Below are positions 52,460-64,000 of a DNA stretch of 64,000 bases, piece after piece. Position 1 is the stretch's first letter, and every line of letters begins with the position of its first letter. The translations under genes and the position numbers were made by a program. The notes under the pieces are model-generated. The model had not been told where the DNA came from and ran no database searches. It worked only from the letters and a program-made list of their open reading frames with translations. Source of the DNA: Vicugna vicugna (Eukaryota); the NCBI GenBank assembly GCA_013265495.1, contig MU058636.1:7394295-7458294 (forward strand). The letters are read 5' to 3'.

Positions 52460-52960
52460 TGGAGAAACATATTCTCATACGTTGCTGGAGAAATATAAAT
52501 CTTTAAAACCTCCAGGGAGAATAATTTTATGACACATAACAAGAACCACAAAAGCTTATCTGATTTAACTTCTAATAACTTATCAGAGGAAATATTTGAG
52601 GATACACAAAATGTTTGCTATAACACCAGAATTCATGACAAGATTACTTATAAGAATGAAGAAACTGTGAATAAAGAGAGAATAGCATATTGACAACCTA
52701 AATTAAGTTAGATGTATATTAAAAATACAAAGCCTATAACAATTATATTACAAATACTTATTGGCACAAAAATTGCATAATACATTGATTGATAAGAGAA
52801 AAAGTTACACTTTTCCATTTTTTAAAAAGATATATGGATGCACTGAAAAGTTTGAAAGGATATAATAGAGATTTTATGTAAGTAGTTATGATTTTTAAGA
52901 TTTAATTATCTGCAGTTTCTCATGTTTCTAATTTTTTTCTAATAGAGCACAATTGCTTTT
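52460..52960 (+). mobile_element. Ancient LINE-1 3' region (L1ME-like)
   Basis: ttctcatacgttgctggagaaatataaat...aaaacctccagggagaataatt... followed by an AT-rich decayed 3' UTR. Confidence 0.55.
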
Positions 52961-53879
52961 GCAATTAAAAAATAAGTTCTCTCATTAAAAAGCCACGAGT
53001 AATCAAATTTTATGCCTTTGTGTTAACTTTATTATAGTGTTTTGTTTGTTCTAAAAACCAATACCTCCCAATTATTCCTCAATGTAGATTCAAAAAACGA
53101 TATTAATGGTGTTGAAAAGAAGTAAAAAACAAAGTTTAACTATGAAAAATCATGTAATTGATAATAACAGCAAAATAATACATTTACCTGATGTTTTGCC
53201 TTAATAATGAGTCCCTCTTTCTCATTATTTCTTTTAAAAAGTCAAGTCACTTTCTGAACTGTTTCTAATAAATCAACACATGGTCACAAAATTATTCCAT
53301 TATCTTTGGGCTTTCGCAGACTACCTAACAATATAGCTCCAAGGACATTATACAAATAACTTTTAAAAATTACAAAGATTGTACCAAGGAACAGGGAGTC
53401 CGGTAAAGGTGAGGGGTTGGGGCTGGGGGGCAAGATAGATGGACACACAGTTTAGAGAAATCCTATGGGAAACTCTGGTTTAAACTGGGAAATGAAACAA
53501 GGACCACAAAAGCCACATCTACATGTGAGACTGATACACCAAATAAAGCAAGAAACACGATACACTGTACCAAGACAAGATGTTAGCAGATTTGTACATA
53601 CATTTACATTTATGTTTTAAACAATTCGTGGCCCTCCAGTGAAACCATTTTCACCTGCTGTGCAAAAACCACTTTGTGGCTTCCCATGAAGAAAAAGGCA
53701 CTGGAGGGCAGGGCTTCCCAGCAGAGGGCAAAGGAAAGGTCGGAGCCCTGAAAGCAGAAGCTTCAAAGGAGAAAAGAAATTACTTCACTTTGTTGTCCTA
53801 GAAACTGACTTTCAACCTCTTGGGCAAAGAACCTTCTATCCGAAGTGACCTGCATCCAGGAGCGATTATGGAAGATAAA

Positions 53880-54030
53880 AGAGTAGAAATTTTAGAGCCA
53901 GGGGACCCGGGTTTGGTGCACAAAGCTAGCTGACTCCAGTCAAGAAATTTAGTCTCTGAGCTCACGTGTCTCTGTCTGTAAAGTAGAAAAAATGTTAATA
54001 CTAAGAGAATCAGGTAAGATCGTGTATTTT
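53880..54030 (+). mobile_element. MIR SINE
   Basis: ttagagccaggggacccgggttt...tctctgagctcacgtgtctctgtctgtaaagt. Confidence 0.6.
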
Positions 54031-55939
54031 TGAAAGAATATATCTCAGCACCTTTTTAATTTAAATACTTGCAAATATGGAAATGTCTGAATGCTGTTTC
54101 CTGTGCTTTAAATTCATAACATGATTCTTTTCAACTTCCATAGGGACTTTTATTTCCCTTGATGAAAAGTTAACACAAAGAAACCAAGTGTTTACCACTT
54201 AGGGAAAGTAACAGGCCTGAGAGTTGAGAAGACAGAGATGCCTGGTATATCTAGCAAGGTTCGTTTGTCAACCCTATGGAATGCGGCTGCCCAGGAAAAT
54301 CACAGATGGACTGCCCACCATTCCAGTTGGGCCTCAAGGAAATTTCACATCACTATATATCACGAACCTTCGGGAACAGATTCAAACACCTGAAACCATG
54401 AATATCAAGTCCATAAATGCCAAGAGTGCCTTCTTATCAATAAAGCTGATTGTAGATTTTTTCTTATTTCAGAGGCAGAAGCATCAGCCAGCAAATGCAA
54501 TTTCAATGTTCTAGAGTATGACTGGTGGCCTACAAGGCTGTAAGAACACACATCTGAAGGTAGAAGCATCCAGTCTTGAGTCTGCAAAATCTCTAGCCAA
54601 GCCCTCTACGTTCCCAGCCAAATGCCAGCCATATTTCTCAACGTGATGGGGCTGTGAGTAGAGACTACCACTGATACTAGAAGAGTCTAAATGGTCTTAA
54701 AGAAAAGCAGCAAATGAAGGCAGATGAGCTACACAAAGGAAACTGGAATATATTCCACACAGGAAGGGTACTGAATATATTCTACTCTCTAAAAGAATCT
54801 TTCCTTTAGAATGTTTTCCAAATCCATACGATTTGAGTAAAGAAATTCTTGAAGAGAGAAAAAGAAAAAAAAAAAACACTGAATCTTAAAACTTTAAGCA
54901 ATTATTACTTTCAAATAACTAATGAAGCAGATTTGTTCTAAACAGCACACACACCCATTCGCTTTTGGCATAAGAGAAAATTTAATACAACACTTAACTG
55001 TGTCATATTCAGAATATTTTTGTTTGTCTTTGTCTTCCAAGAAATTAGGAATAATTATTTTGAGTTCCATTTATAAATGCTGAATCCTCTACACTGCAAA
55101 GGCAATCCTTCATTAGTAATTAATAAAATCATTATTTCATGAAAAATGCACATATATATTTAAGTTCCTTCTTATGATCTAAAATATGTCCAATTACACT
55201 TAGTTGCAATTTTGATCAATTCCAGTCATCTAAGAACAGGATACTGTTTTTAGCATCAATCATCTCCCCAATATTTACAGAGGGCTGAAGATCATAGAAA
55301 CAAAATGTGTGTCTGAAAGAAGGAACAACTTTAATTTTTGCCATTTGAAAGAGTATAATGCTTATTTTGCATTCTTCTTCAGACCTATGTTTCAGAAAGC
55401 AACTATTTTGTGGCATTTATAATTTAAGTTATAGCTCTATTTTTAATTTGTATTTTGAATAAGCCGTTTACCTTATTTTGTCGCACTTTGTAATGAAACG
55501 CTTGTAACTATGACTGTAAGCTACAATTTGTGAATGTCCAATGAATTTAACATAGATGAAAGCTGAATCTTGATAAACTCTTTACAGAAAATTTATCTGT
55601 AGGAGAAATGTTATTAAAGCATTTGCAATCTCCTGGTGTTGCCAGAAAAAAATGAAAGCAGCAGGTAAGTCAAGTATAAACTGATCATAATCCTCAATCT
55701 TCTTACTACCCTGCAAAAAAAAAATTAGTAATCCAGAAAGAACAAATATTATTGAGAAAACTAATCAAATTAGTCAATATAATAGCATGTTTAGATCATT
55801 AATATTTTAAAAAGAGAATGGATGTTTACATGTAAACTGCAGACTCACGAGGGTGGTTCTTTCAAGTAAAACTCACATGTTTTCAACCTTGTCCCTTTAC
55901 AATAACCCACAGAACAACATCACAGGGTTCTGTGAGTAG

Positions 55940-56030
55940 CTTCTCATCCTTCAGATCTTGGCTCAAGTGTCACTTCTCCCGCCAGATTCTAATGTCCAAC
56001 TGTTCACTCCTCTCCCTCTCTCCTCCCTTC

Positions 56031-56068
<38 letters not shown>

Positions 56069-56192
56069 ACAGATACACACACTTCTTTATTTTACTGCAT
56101 GTGATCCGTGGGCCAGGGATCACGTCTATTTCATTCCGCAGTCTACTCCCAGCCCTTGGCATATAACAGATACCCAATACGTTAATGAAGAT
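55940..56192 (+). mobile_element. L2 3' end containing a (CT)n(CA)n microsatellite
   Basis: tcatccttcagatcttggctcaagtgtcacttctcc...gggccagggatcacgtct...cccagcccttggcatataacagatacccaat. Confidence 0.7.
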
Positions 56193-57728
56193 TAATTACA
56201 CCAACATCCTCCTAATCTCTTTAGGAATATGAAATGCCACCTCTCATCTGCAGTGTGTTTGCAGCCTCTGTTTTTTGAAGGTCTCCTGTTTAGCTGGAGG
56301 ACGAATGACTCCTGACATATGATTTCTTCCTTACTGACAAGTCTCAGTGCCGAAGGAAGGAAGGAGGGACCATCCAAAGTTGTTTTACAGTATAACCTCA
56401 GTAAATCAGCACTTTACTAAATAAAACCCTTGAGTAAGAGACAGCTTTTTAATTTTTTCCTTCTCAATGGGGGATTCCAGGTCCTGACACAGAGCTTTGG
56501 AAACAGAAGGTATTTAAAGTATATTATATTAAACCACCAATATGATCATAAATTATTGGATTAGATGAACTTTGAGTATTCTTCCAACCCAGAGCTTCTA
56601 TGATTTTGTGATTTCAACATGCCTAACACTGAGACTGTCACAAAACTTTCTCTAATCCTGCTCCCTTAAAGCAGACTTTACTCTGTAAAAGGCACCTGCA
56701 TTCACCTTGAGCCAATGCTACCAATCCTTTCTCTCACCCACGCATGGCCAACCATTCCCAAAGGAAGCTGACTTTACTTTCTAAGTGTTTTTTGATCCAA
56801 CTGCCTTTTCCATCTCCCTCACTGCCTAGCTCAGGCCTTCACTGCATTTATTCAGACTAGAAATGAAAAACATCAATTGGTTAGAAGACTATCCGTCACA
56901 ACCCCATAAATTCTGTCATGCTTCTGAAAATCTCAGTATGAATGTATTTAGAAATCAGAAGGTTCAGTTAGTCAGCCAACCACTCAGCAGTAGCTAGGAC
57001 AATGAATACTTCTCCTATATTTCTTTGGGTAATATCTACATAGCGACCAGTAGATTAGAGCATGGACAATTTATTTCTTTCAGACGCCTTGCCAACAGAT
57101 GTAATGTAAACAACCAGTTCAGTTAGGAGTAAAGCTCATATTTAATGTTCAAATGACTAAAATTCCCTCCTGGTCTCGCCAAACTACTGCTTCATACATA
57201 TAGTATCATTTAGACTCAGATACTTGTAGTTTGTGTGCTGGCATCTAGGGTCTAAGGAACAGGTTTACAAATTGAAGCTATACATAGTTCATTGAAATGT
57301 CGCGTATTTTATATTTAATTCAGTCATACTTCAATGCTAACCTTCTGTATTCCTCTTCTGCCATCAGGCTTCCCAGAGTCATCTGACTCAAGTAGCAATG
57401 ATCCAAAAGTCAAAGGCTCATCATTATAAGCAGCCCTGAGGAGCCCAGTGATGCTGTTCTCTCCTCTAGCAAGCAGTCTTCCCAAGCTGGTAATTAAACA
57501 AAGCAAACCAGGCGGACTGACTGAGCACACGCACAACGGCAGAAAAGCAAGGCATGACCGATAGTTACCTAACAAGTAACCTCTTTTATCAGGACTTCCT
57601 CTTGTCTTATCATTTACCTCACCAGAGAAGGCTGCCAGGGCAGTGCATGGCATTAAGGAGGTAAACCCATGAGTTTTATCATGATTTCCCCAATGACCTG
57701 AACACTTGAATTTTCATTATTCTCTAAA

Positions 57729-58048
57729 CCAGAGCTATTCTTAGAAACATAATGCAAGCTACGCCAGCTACATTTTAAATTTTCTAGAAGCCATATTAAA
57801 CATGTAGAAAGAAACTGATAAAACCAATTTCGATCATGTATTATATTTAACCCAAGACATCTAAAATGTTATCACTACAACTGTAATCAATATGAAATTA
57901 CTGAAACATTTTATATTTTTTTCTTTCATATGAAGCTTTTGACATCGGGTGCCTATTTTACACTTAACAGTACACCTCAATTCAGATTAGCTACAGTTTA
58001 AGTGCTCAGTAGCCACATGTAGCTAGTGGCTACCATATTAGAGCAGCT
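57729..58048. mobile_element. hAT-Charlie relic (MER33-like)
   Basis: aattttctagaagccatatt...tatttaacccaa...tattttacacttaacagtacacctcaattcagattagc...gtgctcagtagccacatgtagctagtggctacc. Confidence 0.85.
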
Positions 58049-58963
58049 CTAAGCAAAACATCCAGCATAGTGAGAAAGGTTGTTCTTTTTGCCTTACAGA
58101 AAAGTACCAGCAACTGCATACCTTCAGAAAGTGAATGGTGATAAAATAAGAAAAAACTATAAAACTAAGTTGTAAATGATAAAACTAAGAAGCTTGATAA
58201 AATAACACATGAATGCCTGTGAAGGCGAAGATATATTCTTTTGAAAAGGGGACACAGTTTTTAGAAATAGTAAAAAAAGGAAGAAGACAATTACTAATCA
58301 AAGAATTTAATTGTATTCTCAACCTCTAAAACTGGCCACAGCAATTTCTGATACAAAATTGGAGCCCCTGATATAAGTATCTCCAAACTGCAAGTTCTAC
58401 ACCTGGAGTAATGATTTCCACAACCTTTCAGAAGAAAATAATTATATCCTTAGGTAACTGAAATAGAAAACTCCAAAAGCTAGACATAGGAGAATGGAGT
58501 GTCATGAACAGGATGTCATTTTGGACTGATGAAGGCAGAATGGAACACAATCCGGAAAGCCCACAACCTTTAGAATTAATAAAATCCAGGGCAGTGGATA
58601 GTTTGATACCCAGCATCCTGGAAAACCAGAATTCTCTTTAACCAACACATCTATAAAATATGTAATTCAATAACAATGTTGTAGTGATGACTCCTGGGTA
58701 CTATGTCAGCCAAACAGGACTTCAGAATCATTAAAAAATTAAATGGTACCCACTGTCATTTTATGGTAAGTATTTAATCATATTCTCAGTCTCTGAAACT
58801 GGTTATTGCTGTGGTATATTTATGGCAGTGTTTCACTAACCGCAACGATGGATGGCTAGAGCACCTGCTTACCTATCATGCCAGGCACCAGAATGGACTG
58901 CTGACTCAGCTGTTTTCTATACAAAAGCTGCTGCATTTCATTTCTTATACCCAAACACCCTCA

Positions 58964-58964
<1 letters not shown>

Positions 58965-59014
<50 letters not shown>
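58965..59014. repeat. (CA)25 microsatellite
   Basis: Perfect CA run counted directly. Confidence 0.97.
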
Positions 59015-59017
<3 letters not shown>

Positions 59018-59484
59018 TTGTCATAACAAAAGACTTGCAACACTGACCACTGCTAGCATTATCTCCAACTTGTGACAGTCATTAGTAACTGGGACATTCG
59101 GTTTCCCAGGTATATTAGGTCAATTCTAGGACTCTGGCAATTTTTATTCTATTTGCCGCTGAGAATGGAAGTGCATGGTTTTATCTTTAGTCGTTACTTC
59201 TGCCACTGCCAGGAAAACTTAATAACGTCTCCAGCTATTCAAATTTTTTAAATTCTATTATTCAACAGAAGAATTTCTTGTATTTGAGCGAGGACTCAAA
59301 TGCTTCAGGGCGGTTCTTCCATTCCAGTAATTACCCTACACAACTATGACTGGAAAATTACAACTAATTGTCACGTATGCCCTCAAAACTGAGTTTAAAC
59401 ACATCCCCTACATTTAATTGGATTTTGTATATATAACCTTTCTATCAATTCTATATTATTTCTCTTTAATATATCCCTTAAATA

Positions 59485-59627
59485 CAAAATGTTATGATAA
59501 ATCACAGAGAAAAAAGTGTGACAATTAATGTGTATATGTCCATGAATGACTGAAAAATTGTGCTGAACACTGGAATTTGACACAACATTGTAAAATGATT
59601 ATAAATCAATAAAAAATGTTAAAAAAA
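59485..59627 (+). mobile_element. Severely truncated young LINE-1 3' tip with perfect 17-bp TSD
   Basis: Matches the end of the 10813 copy; aatatatcccttaaata at 59468-59484 and 59626-59642. Confidence 0.92.
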
Positions 59628-60571
59628 TATATCCCTTAAATATGGATGTGAATCTTCTCTCTTAAGGGAATTAATTTGATTTATGGCTTAAATTTATAAT
59701 CAATTTTTGTAGAATATAAGTTTAAGTTAACTAATAATTATTTTAAGCATTCCTAAGAAATTAGTTTAAAATAGTCTTCTATGACTATTTAAAAATTATT
59801 ATGTTTAGCCATATCAAATTGAACCTGTCAAAGGTTTGTAATTATTTTTTAAATGGTTGCTCAATGGAACAAATTTCATGAATCAAAATTTACATTTTCC
59901 TTTTATACACAACCAAGTGTTTTTAATTTTGATTTCAAATATGCTAATTTACTACAGACTTTTTCGTAAAGCTATATGTAAAAGTTTTCCCAGGTGGAAT
60001 TATGAATGGAAGAATATGATTTTTTAAAACTAAGCTATTAACAATTATAAAATATCAAACAATTAAAGTTTTACCATTTTCCCATCCAAATGTTTCTTTC
60101 TTATGAGTAATTTGCCCTCATATAAATCACACAAATTATAAGTGAACTTGCACAATCTTCTCCAAGTTCAGTTTGGAAATTAGAACACTATTGAAAGCAC
60201 TTCCCATATGGCCCTTGATTGAATGCATTTCCTTTCACTAAAATGCAGATAGCATATATCTAAATGGATGCATTTTAGAACACTATTGCCTATTTCTAGA
60301 TTTTAAATTTTATCTTGAGGTCTTTGTAGTATCTTCTTATCTAATTCGTATGCAAATTTATTCTCATTTTAATTTTTCTAAGTATTCTATCAAAACGAGC
60401 TGCCTTTTTTTTATAATTAATGTCAAAGACACTCTCTGAATTAATTTCTTTCTGTCATTTTCTCCAAAATCTTAATTAAGCTTCTTTACTTCCTCAGATT
60501 GTGGTTTTTTTTTCAGTTATCACAGGAACTAATAAGATGATTCCCATGATTAAAAACAAACTGTTCTGTAT

Positions 60572-61246
60572 ATATTTCCCTGTGCTATACAGTATAATCT
60601 TGTTTATCTAGTCTACATTTTGAAATCCCAGTCTATTCCTTCCCACCCCTCTCCCCCTGGCAACCACAAGTTTGTATTCTATGTCTATGAGTCTGTTTCT
60701 GTTTTGTATTTATGTTTTTTGTTTTTTTGTTTTAGATTCCACATATGAGCGATCTCATATGGTATTTTTCTTTCTTTCTGGCTTACTTCACTTAGAATGA
60801 CATTCTCTAGGAGCATCCATGTTGCTGCAAATGGCGTTATGTTGTCGGTTTTTATGGCTGAATAGTATTCCATTGTATAAATATACCACACCTTCTTTAT
60901 CCAGTCATCTGTTGATGGACATTAAGGCTGTTTCCATGTCTTGGCTACTGTAAATAATGCTGCTATGAACACTGGGGTGCAGGTGTCATTTTGAGTAGGG
61001 TTCCGATATATGCCTGGGAGCAGGATTCCTGGGCCATATGGTAAGTCTATTCCTAGTCTTTTGAGGAATCTCCATACTGTTTTCCACAGTGGCTGCACCA
61101 AACTGCATTCCCAGCTCACAGCGAAAAAAAATGTGACATGAATATATTTATGTTCACGTATAACTGAAAAATTGCGCTCTACACTGGAATTTGACACAAC
61201 ATTGTAAAATGACTATAACTCAATAAAAAAAAAGTTTAAAATACCA
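60572..61246 (+). mobile_element. Young LINE-1 with 5' inversion (twin-priming structure)
   Basis: 60572 to about 61113 is antisense (3' UTR back into ORF2: [27 protein letters not shown]); about 61113-61240 is the sense 3' tip. TSD aaactgttctgtat at 60558-60571 and 61247-61260. Confidence 0.93.
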
Positions 61247-61959
61247 AAACTGTTCTGTATTAAACATCCAGGTCCATGTAGAAAACAGAATTTGATTTTC
61301 AAATATCTAGGCCACTGTCATCTTAAGCTGTGCATCTTCCTACTAAAATATGTATTTATAGCCCCAAATGCCAGGCCTGAAAAAGTGCAGCTGATAGATT
61401 AATAGAGAATTACTTATCCTAAGTCTTACCAAAAGTTTTAAGTCCACCTATTTCTTTACTTCATTACACAGTATATACACATCTCTTATGTATATATTTC
61501 TATATTTAAGCTTATATACTAATGATCTTACTTTTTTGTTCACATTGGATCTTTTTTTCATCTTAAAGCATCATGCACCTGACAGCCCTTTTCAAAATTC
61601 CAAACATGGTTAATGAAGTTTCATATATATAAATCAAGTCTGTATACCCTACAGATTTCCTTTTTCTACTTATTTTTCATATGCCCCTTATTCAGTGCCT
61701 CCTAACCCTTTCTTTATGAAATATAAGGACAAAGACTTTCTTTATGAAATATAAGGTAACTATGAAAATAACTAATGTAAGTAGTACCTCATTTTAAAAG
61801 CAACTGAAAGGCATGTTGTAATCTTCAGCACCCACATATGGCTCATACTATTACTCAATAAATAGTTACTGAATAACTTTCATGAGGATGACCACAATCT
61901 TTTAGAATGAGAGAATTATGAGAAGAGACATTGAATTCAAAAAGTATTTGGTGAGGAAG

Positions 61960-64000
61960 CACTTCTGGAATGGCTCCTCCATAAAAACAAGAAAAATAGT
62001 AATGAAAATGATCAAAATAAACTTACTTTTCAGAAGTCTGAAAATCAACAAAAGGCTTGCAGTATTACAGAACATTTATTAAAGGAAATGATTGACTCTC
62101 AGTAAGAACCGTAAGCTTTACAGCATTTCTCTTGTCCTATTCCCATCCATTTTTTTTCCCCAGCTCAACTGAGATTATCAAGTCTCAGGAATAGAAAAGA
62201 AAAAGAAAAACAAAATGAACAGAGCCTCAGTGACTTGTGGGACATAGAAAGCATACCAATATACACTTAATAGGAATCAAGGAGGAGAAGAGAGAGAGAT
62301 AAGGGCAGAAAAAAATATGTGAAGGAATAATGGCTGGAAATTTCCCAAAATTGATTTAGGAAAAAAACTCCTTGATCTGCACATCCAAGAAGCTGAATAA
62401 ACCCCAATTAGGATAAAACCAAGAGTTAAACATCCAGACACATCAGTCAAAACATCAAAAGCCAGATCCAAAGAGAGAATACTGAAAGCAGCAAGAGAAA
62501 ACTGACTTTTTAAAAATCTTATTTAGGACCAACATCTGACTTTCTAGAAGAAACAATGGAGACTGGAGGCATAGGAATGACATATTCAAAGTGCCAAAAG
62601 AGTGTTAATGAAGAATTCTATATCCAGCCAAACTATCCTCCAAAAACAAAAAGAGCTAAACAAAAATTAAGAGAATTTGTTACTAGCAGTCATGCTTTAA
62701 AAGAAATACTTCAGTCTGAAATGAAAAAAACACAAGACATTAACTCAAATCCATTGTACAGTGTGACCAAGTGGGATTATGCCCAAGAATGAAAGACTGG
62801 TTTAATATCCAAATATCAATGTGATACCATATTAATAGAATAAAGGAACAAACCCCACCTGATCATCTCAATATACATAGGAAAAAAGCATTTGACAAAA
62901 ATCCAACACTCTTTCACGATATAGTTTAAAAGAAAAAAAAGGAGGACTACAAGGGACTTTTCACAAGCTGATAAAAGAGCATCCACCAAAAAAAAGAACC
63001 GAGAACATCATACTTATTAGTGAAAGACTGACAGCAAGAAATCTGCTCTTACCATTTCTATTTAGTGTTGGATTGGAGGTTCTAGCCACCCAATCAGGCA
63101 ACAAAAAGATATCACAGGCATTCAGACTGGGAAGGAAGAAACAAAACTATCTCTATTTGTAAATGACATGATTTTGTATATTTTGTATAAAATTATAAAT
63201 CAGAAGCCAACTGTATTTCTCTAAACTGACAATAAACAATCCAAAAGTGGATTTAGGGAAACAATTCCATTTACAATAACATCAAAATGAATAAAACACT
63301 TAGGAGTAAATTTAACCAAAGTGCACAACTTGTACAATGAAAACTACTATGAAACATCATTGAAAGAAATTAAAGAAAACCTAAGTAAGTTGAAAGACAT
63401 TTTCTGTTCATGGATTTGAAGACTTAAAATTGCTAGGATGGCTATCCTCCCTCAAACTGATCTACAAATTCAATGTAATATCCATTAGGCTATCTTTTAT
63501 TCTTTAGAAATTTCAAACCAATTCTAAAATTCTGATGAAAATGCAAGGAACCTAGAATAGACAAAAGAATCTTGAAAAATGAGAATAAAGATGGAGACTC
63601 ACACATCTCAATCTCAAAACTTACTACAAAGCTACATCAATCAAGACAGTACAGTGCGGGCATGGGAGAGACATACAGATCAACAGAACAGAACTGACAG
63701 AAAAGAAATAAACACATTTATAGTCAGTTGATTTTCAAAAGGCTGCTGAGACAATTCAATGGAGGAAAGAATAATCTTTTCAACAAATGGTTCTGGGACA
63801 GCTGGACATCCACATGCAAAAGAATGAAGGCATAGTCCCAAGAGAATTAAAAACCTGTGGCCATACAAAAATATAAATGTTCATGATAGCATAATCCTTA
63901 CTAGCCAAAAGGTGTAATCAACCCGAAGTGTCCCTCGGGTGATTAATGGATAAACAAAATGAGGTAAATTTATTCAATGGAATATTATTCAGCCTGAAAA
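61960..64000 (+). mobile_element. Old LINE-1 (L1M/L1MB-type) with 5' UTR, ORF1 and ORF2 pieces, internally deleted
   Basis: ORF1 relic (aatgaacagagcctcagtgacttgtgggac, gaattctatatccagccaaactatcc), RT relic (gaccaagtgggatt, aaagcatttgacaaa), late ORF2 (ttcaacaaatggttctgggacagctggacatcc, tggaatattattcagcc). Confidence 0.9.

Larger units (their letters stand above)
4517..64000 (-). other. DCLK1: 3' part of the very long DCLK1 intron upstream of the exon
   Basis: The acceptor AG is at 4518-4517. No upstream DCX-domain exon (ending ...LDGKQ) is recognisable in the window, and the region is repeat-rich non-coding sequence. Confidence 0.85.

Noticed and set aside
58505..58570. Hammerhead-like CTGATGA...GAAA
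   Set aside because: No stem II closes between the core motifs. The other CTGATGA sites I checked on both strands (for example 19369, 29758, 47141) also fail.
60922..61197. 91-aa ORF with L1 similarity as a novel protein
   Set aside because: It is a chimera across the L1 inversion junction.
1..64000. CRISPR array, prokaryotic or viral insert, or processed pseudogene
   Set aside because: I saw no regularly spaced repeats, long ORFs or compositionally foreign block; the window reads as mammalian intron throughout.

Overview
Mammalian genomic DNA, most likely a camelid (alpaca, vicuna or camel), judged from two tRNA-derived SINEs resembling Vic-1 and the young L1 3' ends. The window lies inside DCLK1 (doublecortin-like kinase 1), transcribed on the minus strand. 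I found one coding exon, 4417-4516 (100 nt, canonical AG/GT), encoding [33 protein letters not shown] at the end of the second doublecortin domain. The rest is intron, with LINE-1, L2, MIR, MaLR/ERVL solo LTRs, hAT DNA-transposon relics and microsatellites. Apart from this exon and L1 relics, the ORF track looks like chance ORFs. I found no convincing new gene system, foreign insert, CRISPR array or RNA gene. The best leads are three 5'-inverted L1 insertions within 12 kb, a candidate recursive splice site at 40211/40210, a CpG-enriched motif cluster downstream of the exon, several RFX X-box-like motifs, and a condensed L1 with internal deletions. Repeat family names and most boundaries are by-eye calls, not RepeatMasker output.
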